64,000 bases of DNA from an uncultured Bacteroidales bacterium (GTDB taxonomy: Bacteria > Bacteroidota > Bacteroidia > Bacteroidales > CAYVNP01), in contig CAYVNP010000002.1 in assembly GCA_964452905.1 (NCBI GenBank), positions 53,357 through 117,356 of the forward strand, given 5' to 3'. The notes beneath the pieces are model-generated. The model had not been told where the DNA came from. It saw only the letters and a list, made by a program, of their open reading frames with translations, and did no database searches. A program made the translations under genes and the position numbers. This document shows, in pieces, positions 48,895 through 56,920 of this stretch; the stretch's first letter is position 1, and every line of letters starts with the position of its first letter.

Positions 48895-49788
48895 TTATAA
48901 ACCAGCTTCAGTAATAATTTCTTTGATCAATTCTTCTTTTCCACCGGAAATAATATGTATTCCGCTGACACCTTTCATTCCTTTTATTTTTTTTATGGTA
49001 TCTGCACAGATAGCTATTCCGGCTTTCTTCTGATCTTCTAAGTTTCCTGCATCTTTAATTCGTTGAATGTGGGATTTGGGAATATAAAAATCTGTATGTT
49101 TATCCAGCAAACTAATTGCTTCTTCATAACTTTCAATCGGATAAATACCTGCTATAATTGCTGCTTTCTTGGTGATACCTTCTTTATTCGCCGCATCGAG
49201 CCATTCCTGAAAATCAGTTGTATTAAAAACAGCTTGTGTTTGAATAAACTTAGCTCCCGCATTCACTTTTTTCATCAGGCGGATAATATTCAATTCTAAT
49301 GGGCGCAGATATGGATTGGCTACAGCTCCCACCAACATTGAAAAATCACCTTTGATCTCCATACCATTTAACATCTTTTTTTCCAAATTCATCTGATTAA
49401 TAATTTGAATCAGCTGGATGGAATCAATATCATACACATGTGCAGACTGTGGAGAATCAGTAAGTGTCTGATGATATCCGGACAAACAGAGGATATTCTT
49501 GATTCCCAAAGAAGCAGCACCAAGCACATCCGACTGTAAAGCGATCCGGTTTCTGTCGCGTGTAACCAATTGATAAATTGGCTCAATACCTTCCTGTTTC
49601 AGTTGAACAGATGATGCCAAACTTGATTTAACAGGTCCGTATGGATTATCCGCTGTATTCACAGCTACCATCCCATTATTTTTTAATTCTGGCAATGAAG
49701 CAATCTCCATATCTGTTCCGGGTAAATATTCCGCAGTAATTATAAAATCTCCTGCCTCAATGCGTTTTGCTAATAAACTCGTATTCAT
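48895..49788 (-). CDS. metF: Methylenetetrahydrofolate reductase, acetogen-type MetF
   Basis: 297 aa with MTHFR-family blocks FIITAEY, LVTRDRNR, ILCLSGY and AKFIQTQAVF. It lacks the long C-terminal extension of eukaryotic-type enzymes. Confidence 0.85.
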   Translation of the reverse strand: MNTSLLAKRIEAGDFIITAEYLPGTDMEIASLPELKNNGMVAVNTADNPYGPVKSSLASSVQLKQEGIEPIYQLVTRDRNRIALQSDVLGAASLGIKNILCLSGYHQTLTDSPQSAHVYDIDSIQLIQIINQMNLEKKMLNGMEIKGDFSMLVGAVANPYLRPLELNIIRLMKKVNAGAKFIQTQAVFNTTDFQEWLDAANKEGITKKAAIIAGIYPIESYEEAISLLDKHTDFYIPKSHIQRIKDAGNLEDQKKAGIAICADTIKKIKGMKGVSGIHIISGGKEELIKEIITEAGL

Positions 49789-49806
49789 TTTATTTTAATA
49801 TTATTT

Positions 49807-50223
49807 CTAAATTTTTACATTGACCAATTGAACATCATTTTTTAACACCTCAGCAAACTGATTGATTTCATGAAGAATCATTTCAGTTTTCATATCTTTT
49901 AATTCGATGAATCGGATTCGTTGATTCCCTATACCTGTTTCATCCAGCAAATGATTCACAGCTTCAACGCGCTTTTTTGCACGTAAATTCCCTTGAAGAA
50001 ATTTACATTCACCAATTTTGCATGTGATTAGAATCACGCCATCTGATCCATTTTCTACTGACTTAAGAAGATATAACAAATTAAGTTTTCCTGAACAGGG
50101 CAGACTGACCGGATGAAAATCAATGTCCTTTGATATCTTAGCACTGCACTGGGAAATTTCAAGATTATCAATCGAATTGGAACAATAAAACAAAGAAATC
50201 TTAATCGGTTGACTCATATTCAA
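49807..50223 (-). CDS. MvhD/FlpD-like protein, divergent paralog with a reduced Cys set
   Basis: It aligns by eye with the 36877..37326 product (SLPCSGKLN vs RTPCTGRLE, and VILITCKIGECKFLQGN vs VLVAGCLEGGCHFIDGN). Its N-terminal motif is LFYCSNS instead of AFCCHYCAY. Confidence 0.7.
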   Translation of the reverse strand: MNMSQPIKISLFYCSNSIDNLEISQCSAKISKDIDFHPVSLPCSGKLNLLYLLKSVENGSDGVILITCKIGECKFLQGNLRAKKRVEAVNHLLDETGIGNQRIRFIELKDMKTEMILHEINQFAEVLKNDVQLVNVKI

Positions 50224-51324
50224 ATTATTAAAATTTAAGTAAAATTCTTAAAAAAATTAGGTGTTTTACGTAATATTAGGACATAAAAAAACTCCTTTAC
50301 AGGAGAATTACTTTAAACTACTCAAAACGTATTCAATTTTAGAATTCAAAATAATTGAAACAAAAATAAATATTTTTTTTAACCCTGAATAATTTTTATG
50401 AATTTTTTATTAAACATTAAAATTAATAGATTTATAGAGAATTCTTATAAATTATTTTAATAACACCTAAAAATACATTATGCATTTTAATAATAGATAA
50501 ATCTTACCACCATAAAATCCCTACAAAAAATATTAATTTTTATTACAACTTGTTATTATTTTACTGATTAAATAAAACAAAAAATTATGTTTGTTAAAAA
50601 AAATGAAATAAATAATTAAAAATGAAATAAAAATCTTTTTTAACTATTTAAATTTATCAGAATTATAAAAAATTGTTTTATTAAATTCAAACAAAAATGA
50701 ATAATCAAATTCATATTATTATAAAAAATAATTTTGTTAATAAAATTTAATAAAGAATTTATTTTTTTTTTTTTTTTAAATAAATTTTATATTTTTACGT
50801 TTTATGATATATGTAAATATTCAAATATGTCATGAAGGAATTAAGTACTTGAACTTATTCTATAAAAACAAGTTGATTGATAAACAAAAAATACAAAATC
50901 AATTTTAAATATGTATCTGAATGGATATGAGTTAAAAGAGAAATATTAGAAAAATATGATTACTGATAATAAAACCACTAATATGAATATGTGATTCCGC
51001 ATTATCTTTAAACTGAGCAATGTCGGTATAACTGAATAATTATTTGTGAAAAAAATCTTGAAACAACAAGTTCCTACATATTTATGATAAAAAAACACTT
51101 CATCATTTGTTCAAACATCAACATGACTATTAATGTTTCAATCCTTTTATCAGAAATTATGAATCCGTTCAAAATTATCTTTTAGAAACAGTCTAAAACA
51201 TTCACCGGAACAATTGTCTGAAGTTTGATAAATAAAACCTCACCAGAATATTCATCAATAACACTAAACGGAGTGGTTAATAATAAATCACAGATCAAAA
51301 TTCATTTAAAGCAAAACTTAATAA

Positions 51325-51483
51325 TTATGCTTTTTTTTGTGGTTTTCTGGATAAATAACGACTTCTGGCTTCAATAGGGTCAGCGTTAAGAGGAATATAT
51401 ATTTTAGTTTTGTTGTCAATGACAACAGCTTGTAATTTACTTAAATCAGGTGATTCAAATTTTACCTGTTTTTTTTCATACAT
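51325..51483 (-). CDS. Possible 52-aa small protein in the AT-rich region
   Basis: ATG 51483 to TAA 51325 gives MYEKKQVKFESPDLSKLQAVVIDNKTKIYIPLNADPIEARSRYLSRKPQKKA. It falls below the ORF-track length cutoff. Its composition is less AT-skewed than its surroundings. I recognised no homolog. Confidence 0.25.
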   Translation of the reverse strand: MYEKKQVKFESPDLSKLQAVVIDNKTKIYIPLNADPIEARSRYLSRKPQKKA

Positions 51484-51909
51484 AATTTTGTTCCTTTAAA
51501 TAAAATTTTTCGTATTTGTTACAATTTTTAAATCAAATTTTGGAACAATTTTGTATGCAATAATAAATTCAACAACTGATTTTATTGTTCTACTATAATC
51601 AATTAAATTAAATATAGTTAAATTTAATATAAAACATATTTCGTTAACCAAACTTCTATTTAAAAAAATAGCAAACAGAGGTTTTTTTCAAAGATACATA
51701 ATAAAAATGACATTCTATTAAATTTGAGCCACATATTTAAAATCCAAACCACTTTATTAAATTTTCTATTTTAACATATATTAACATTATTAAATTGTAA
51801 TTATTTACATAAATTGATATTTATCAATTATTTCATTTTATATATATTAATTTTATATTTTTATATTTTATTTCAAAATCGATTATTTTAACTAAATAAC
51901 TTAAAAACT

Positions 51910-52206
51910 ATGAAAAAATCATCAATTGACCAAAAACAGTTAATAGCATCAGCTATTAAATTACGTGCAATCGCTCATCCAATGAGAATAGCTATTGTAA
52001 ATCTTCTTGAAGAACATAAAAAATTAAATGTCACACAAATTCATACTAAAATGAAAATTGAACAGGCAACTGCTTCACATCATTTAGGATTATTGAAAAC
52101 CAATGGTATTCTTAATTCGAAAAAGAATGGTAAGGAAATTATTTATTCCATAAAAGAAGGTTCATTAAAAAAATTAGCAGATTGCATCGATGCATGTAGT
52201 TTTTAA
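51910..52206 (+). CDS. ArsR/SmtB-family winged-helix transcriptional regulator
   Basis: 98 aa with LRAIAHPMRIAIVNLLEE...LNVTQI...QATASHHLGLLKTNGIL..KKNGKEIIYS, a typical ArsR HTH. Confidence 0.8.
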   Translation: MKKSSIDQKQLIASAIKLRAIAHPMRIAIVNLLEEHKKLNVTQIHTKMKIEQATASHHLGLLKTNGILNSKKNGKEIIYSIKEGSLKKLADCIDACSF

Positions 52207-52223
52207 TTTCTAAAATTGAATAT

Positions 52224-52263
52224 AAAAAAAAATCCTTATCAATCTTGATAAGGATTTTTTTTT
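52224..52263. terminator. Bidirectional terminator between the ArsR gene and the AMMECR1 gene
   Basis: Stem ATCCTTATCA (52232-52241) / TGATAAGGAT (52246-52255) is flanked by an A-run and a T-run, between convergent genes. Confidence 0.8.
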
Positions 52264-52285
52264 ATTCAAACCAATAAAACTAAAA

Positions 52286-52858
52286 TCATTTATACTCTTT
52301 CTCACTAAAAACAATGGCTTCATAAATGAAGATTTCGGCTGTTTTCCATTCATTCCATAATAAGCCAGCTTTATCACGAGCACAATGACCAAGAAATTCA
52401 TCAATTCCCCAACCGGTTTCAATTGCAACCTGAGGGAGAAAAGTTCCGGAATGAAATCCCTTTTTAATATAGATTCCATGTTTGCCTAATTCTATTTCAT
52501 TAATAGAATTAATTTTACACATGGGTGAAAGAACTGAAATTTCAATCAAAATAAAAGCCAATTCTACTTTAGTAACAGGAGAAAACCTATGATCTTCAAA
52601 TGAAGCTGCATGTGCCATCTGTTGAACAACTTTATACAATGGTATTTTAGGATCAAACATACCGATACATCCTCTCAACTCCCCTTTTAAATGTAAAGAC
52701 ACAAAAGCCCCACAGTAAGCAGATAATGCAGGAGAATATTGATGTGGATCAAATGTTGTATTAACATTTAAAACTTTTCCTTCGATCTCACTTCGGGCAA
52801 TTTCAAGTAAATTTCTTTTATCGGTATCACTTAAAAAAAAATCTTTTTTTTGTTGCAT
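52286..52858 (-). CDS. AMMECR1-domain protein (AmmeMemoRadiSam system protein A)
   Basis: GAFVSLHLKGELRGCIG and DHRF are typical AMMECR1 blocks. The gene is adjacent to a Memo-like gene. Confidence 0.85.
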   Translation of the reverse strand: MQQKKDFFLSDTDKRNLLEIARSEIEGKVLNVNTTFDPHQYSPALSAYCGAFVSLHLKGELRGCIGMFDPKIPLYKVVQQMAHAASFEDHRFSPVTKVELAFILIEISVLSPMCKINSINEIELGKHGIYIKKGFHSGTFLPQVAIETGWGIDEFLGHCARDKAGLLWNEWKTAEIFIYEAIVFSEKEYK

Positions 52859-52864
52859 GGTAAA

Positions 52865-53713
52865 TTATTTACAAACAGCAATGGCATTGTATCCAACAAC
52901 CCTTTCTTTATCTCCAAAAAGTGAATCACCTGAATTTTTATAATCAATCAACGTGTAGGTAATCGTTTTATTCTTTTCTGTAATATAAAGTAATGTTAAT
53001 ACGGATGTCCAGCCACAAAGACTCGTTGCCAGATCGGGAATCATTTTCAATTTAGGACTCTTCAAAGCGATTAATAAGGAGTCTGATGAATTTGTCAGGA
53101 TCGTTTCAGCAGTCAATTTGTCTAATTGAACTGCATCATGATAGGAAGGATAATGCGAAAAATCTGTGCTAACAATAAAAAGGGTTTCATCATTAAAATA
53201 TGGCATGAGAGCTGAAGCAATTTCCTTGCATGTGTTTTCACTATCAGTACCAATAATTATCGGAACTAATAAAATTTCATTTTTTAATACATATTGAAGA
53301 AATGGCAATTGGACTTCCAACGAATGTTCAGAGATATGTGAATTCGAATCAAATTTAAAACAATTATGAGCATGAATTAATTTATCTGCGAGTTCCAGAT
53401 CAACTTTAATTTCTCCAAGTGGAGTTAAATAATTTCCTATATTATAAATGGATGCCCCATTAAAATGAAACCTATGACTGGATGCAAGAATAAATATATT
53501 TTTGTATTTTTTTTCAGGATCAATCTGATTAAAAGCAGAAGCAGCAACAGTTCCGGAAAACATATACCCTGCATGAGGAGTAATGACAGCAATTACATTT
53601 TTCATTTTACAGGGAACTGCTCTTTCAAACAATCCTTCCAGTTCAATTTTTAATTCAACCGGATTTGACTGATAGAATTGTCCTGCAACAAACGGTAGAC
53701 GATTCTTAATCAT
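52865..53713 (-). CDS. Memo-like protein (AmmeMemoRadiSam system protein B)
   Basis: PFVAGQFY, ITPHAGY, SSH...H and VSTDFSHY blocks. The start is taken at ATG 53713 (MIKNRLPF). Confidence 0.85.
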   Translation of the reverse strand: MIKNRLPFVAGQFYQSNPVELKIELEGLFERAVPCKMKNVIAVITPHAGYMFSGTVAASAFNQIDPEKKYKNIFILASSHRFHFNGASIYNIGNYLTPLGEIKVDLELADKLIHAHNCFKFDSNSHISEHSLEVQLPFLQYVLKNEILLVPIIIGTDSENTCKEIASALMPYFNDETLFIVSTDFSHYPSYHDAVQLDKLTAETILTNSSDSLLIALKSPKLKMIPDLATSLCGWTSVLTLLYITEKNKTITYTLIDYKNSGDSLFGDKERVVGYNAIAVCK

Positions 53714-53872
53714 AAATGCTTCATTTAAGTTAAATGACTTAAAGATTAACAAATATAATTAAACTTATTCAATATGTACTATTTTTATTAATATTAACAA
53801 GTTGATATTTAATTTCAATATTTAACTTTTCATTTTAAGAATAAGAATATTTTTGTGTATACATTTAGTAAA

Positions 53873-55738
53873 ATGGTTCAAAAGATATCGGTCAAAGAGC
53901 TTAATGATATAGTCATCAAATTTGCAGGTGATTCAGGTGATGGGATGCAAATGACAGGATCACAATTTACTGATTTTGCTGCATCCATTGGTGTGGATTT
54001 ATCAACCCTGCGCGATTTCCCTGCTGAAATCAGAGCGCCTCAAGGAACAGTCAGTGGTGTATCAGGATTTCAAATTCATGTTGGTTATGAAAATATACAA
54101 ACACCGGGAGATAAAGCGGATGTGTTGATCGCAATGAATCCGGCAGCTCTCAAAACAAATTTGAAATGGGTTAAACATGGAGCTGTCATTATTGTTGACA
54201 ATGATACATTTGACACAGCACATTTCATAAAAGCGGGGTATGTTAAAAATCCTTTAACGGATGAAGACCTACATTTAGAATACACCTATCAACTCATTAA
54301 AATCCCTATTACTTCACAAACCAAAGCAACGCTCATAAACACTGAATTTGACTCTAAAACGATTGATAAAATAAAAAACCAGTTCATTCTCGGAATTATT
54401 CTTTGGCTATTTAACAGAGATCTTGATTATGCTGAAAAATATTTAAAAACTAAATATAAAAACTTTACCGAAATTCTTGAAGCCAACCTGAAAGTGTTAA
54501 ATGCAGGTTTTCATTATGCTGAAACCGTTGAAGTTGCTACAACAACTTTTTCAATTAAACCTTCACAAACACAAAAAGGGACTTATCGAAATATAACAGG
54601 GAACATCGCTCTTGCATGGGGACTTCTGGCAGCAGCTGAACGCAGTAAGCTTCCCCTGTATATTAGTTCTTACCCCATCACACCTGCATCAGAAATATTT
54701 CAGGAATTATTGCTTCGTAAATCGATGAATGTAAAAGCTTTTCAAGCGGAAGATGAAATAGCAGCAATCTGTTCAGCTATTGGTGCCAGTTTTGCAGGTA
54801 ATCTTGCAGTTACAGCTACTTCAGGACCGGGATTATCCTTAAAATCAGAAGCCATCGGATTAGCGGTTATGACTGAACTTCCCATTGTAATTATTGATGT
54901 TCAACGAGGAGGTCCGTCAACAGGGCTACCTACCAAAACAGAGCAGTCAGATCTGATGCAAGCATTATATGGTCGTAATGGGGAAAGCCCTTGTATTGTT
55001 ATGGCTGCTACTTCACCGGCACAATGTTTTGAAAGTGTATATTGGGGTGCTAAACTATCCCTTGAACATATGACACCGGTTATATTTTTAAGCGACAATT
55101 ACCTAGCGAATGGGTCTGAACTGTGGATGATTCCTGATATTGATCAACTTCCTGAAATTAATCCTCCTTTTGTAAATGAAAATGATCCCAACTATCAGCC
55201 ATATGCTCGAAATGAAACGAATCTTTCTCGCTTTTGGGCTGTTCCGGGACAAAAAGGATTAAGGCATCATATCGGTAGTCTTGAAAAAACAGATATAACA
55301 GGTGAAGTATCCTATGATGCTTATAATCATGAAAAAATGGTTAAGTTCAGAGAAGAAAAAGTTCAACGGATTAATCATGTAATTCCATTTTTAGAGATTT
55401 TCGGAAAAGATTCTGGTGATCTACTTGTAGTCGGATGGGGCGGTACTTACGGAGCTTTAATATCAGCAGTGACTGAATTACAAAAAGAAGGACTAAAAAT
55501 TAGTTTGGCGCAATTTGAATACATTAAACCCCTTCCTCAAAATACTAAAAATATATTTGCCCAATATAAAAAAATTGTAGTCTGCGAATTAAATCTTGGC
55601 CAATTTGCAAATTATTTACGTGCTCAGTTTCCACAGTTTGATTACATTCAATTTAATAAAATACAAGGTGTTCCTTTCCTGATTTCCGAATTGACAAATC
55701 ATTTTAAACATATTATTGAAGAAATGAAAAATGAATAA
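53873..55738 (+). CDS. korA: 2-oxoglutarate/2-oxoacid:ferredoxin oxidoreductase subunit alpha (fused alpha/gamma type)
   Basis: FAGDSGDGMQ..G and FPAEIRAP in the N-terminal gamma-like part, followed by YPITPASE. The length of about 620 aa fits KorA of the KorAB type. Confidence 0.9.
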   Translation: MVQKISVKELNDIVIKFAGDSGDGMQMTGSQFTDFAASIGVDLSTLRDFPAEIRAPQGTVSGVSGFQIHVGYENIQTPGDKADVLIAMNPAALKTNLKWVKHGAVIIVDNDTFDTAHFIKAGYVKNPLTDEDLHLEYTYQLIKIPITSQTKATLINTEFDSKTIDKIKNQFILGIILWLFNRDLDYAEKYLKTKYKNFTEILEANLKVLNAGFHYAETVEVATTTFSIKPSQTQKGTYRNITGNIALAWGLLAAAERSKLPLYISSYPITPASEIFQELLLRKSMNVKAFQAEDEIAAICSAIGASFAGNLAVTATSGPGLSLKSEAIGLAVMTELPIVIIDVQRGGPSTGLPTKTEQSDLMQALYGRNGESPCIVMAATSPAQCFESVYWGAKLSLEHMTPVIFLSDNYLANGSELWMIPDIDQLPEINPPFVNENDPNYQPYARNETNLSRFWAVPGQKGLRHHIGSLEKTDITGEVSYDAYNHEKMVKFREEKVQRINHVIPFLEIFGKDSGDLLVVGWGGTYGALISAVTELQKEGLKISLAQFEYIKPLPQNTKNIFAQYKKIVVCELNLGQFANYLRAQFPQFDYIQFNKIQGVPFLISELTNHFKHIIEEMKNE

Positions 55739-56750
55739 ACCTGATCATTTATCTGGATTTACTAAAGATGATTTGAAAGTATCATCTCCTGTCAGATGGT
55801 GCGCCGGATGTGGGAACTACTCTATCCTGTCTGCTGTTAAAAATGCATTGCCGGAAACAGGAATCAACCTTGAGAATATTGTTTTTGTTTCAGGTATTGG
55901 TTGTTCATCCCGCTTTCCTTATTATATCAACACTTACGGATTCCACGGACTCCATGGGAGAGGAGCTGCAATTGCAACAGGAATAAAGCTGGCTAATCCT
56001 GAACTTAGCGTTTGGCTTACAACCGGTGATGGGGATTCACTTGCAATCGGTATTAATCATCTTATTCATTTAATCAGAAGAAATATCAATATCAATATTT
56101 TATTATTTAACAATAAAATTTATGCGTTAACCAAAGGACAATCTTCTCCTACAACTCCTACTGGATATAAAACCAAAACATCACCTGAAGGTGTTATTGA
56201 AAAACCTTTCTTGCCGGGAGAACTAACAATAGGGATTGAAGGAAGTTTTTTTGCACGTGTCATCGACACAGATCCACTCATGATGAAGAATGTATTCATT
56301 GAAGCTGCTGCACATCAAGGCACTTCTGTTATTGAAGTATTACAGAATTGTGTAATTTTTGCTGATAAAATTCATGACGACATTACAAATAAAAAAAATA
56401 TTCAAAACCAAACCATAAAACTGGAACATGGTCAACCGATGCTGTTTGGAGAGAATAAAGGATTAATTCTGAATCAAGCCCAAATTGAAATTGCAACAAT
56501 TGGTGAAAATGGAATTACTCTCAACGATATATTGATTCATGATAAAACCACAAAAAATAATTACACACATTATGCACTTTCCAAAATGAATTTACCTGAT
56601 TATCCAATTGCATTGGGCATCATCAGATCATATCAAAAACAAACTTATGATTCACTCATAGAAGAGCAAATAAAATCGGCTAAATCAACTGATCCCATTC
56701 AATCTATCAGAACATTATTGAAAAGTGGAAATATTTTTATCAATCCCTGA
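55731..56750 (+). CDS. korB: 2-oxoacid:ferredoxin oxidoreductase subunit beta (TPP-binding)
   Basis: WCAGCGNYSIL, SGIGCSSR and GDGDSLAIG TPP-binding blocks. It overlaps korA by 8 nt. Confidence 0.9.
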   Translation: MNKPDHLSGFTKDDLKVSSPVRWCAGCGNYSILSAVKNALPETGINLENIVFVSGIGCSSRFPYYINTYGFHGLHGRGAAIATGIKLANPELSVWLTTGDGDSLAIGINHLIHLIRRNININILLFNNKIYALTKGQSSPTTPTGYKTKTSPEGVIEKPFLPGELTIGIEGSFFARVIDTDPLMMKNVFIEAAAHQGTSVIEVLQNCVIFADKIHDDITNKKNIQNQTIKLEHGQPMLFGENKGLILNQAQIEIATIGENGITLNDILIHDKTTKNNYTHYALSKMNLPDYPIALGIIRSYQKQTYDSLIEEQIKSAKSTDPIQSIRTLLKSGNIFINP

Positions 56751-56920
56751 CCAAAAGTTGTAAGTTTTTTTACTTTTGCATTTTTTATAAAAATATTATT
56801 TTTCGCTTAAACTTTAAATCAATAAACCCAACTTAAATATATTTATTTAAAAATATTTTTTAATTCTAAAAATTTAATTATAACTTTACAATTCGTTTGA
56901 ATTTTTAAAAAAATAATATA

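Noticed and set aside
50224-51909. The AT-rich ORF-free region could be a replication origin.
   Set aside because: I found no DnaA-box-like TTATCCACA/TGTGGATAA by eye, and no dnaA, dnaN or gidA-type neighbours. AT-richness alone is insufficient.
52210-52479. An 89-aa minus-strand ORF overlaps the 3' end of the AMMECR1 gene, and a 60-aa + strand ORF at 61045..61227 overlaps the OstA-like gene.
   Set aside because: Both are out-of-frame or antisense overlaps with confidently assigned genes, and both span terminator or intergenic sequence. They have no motifs.
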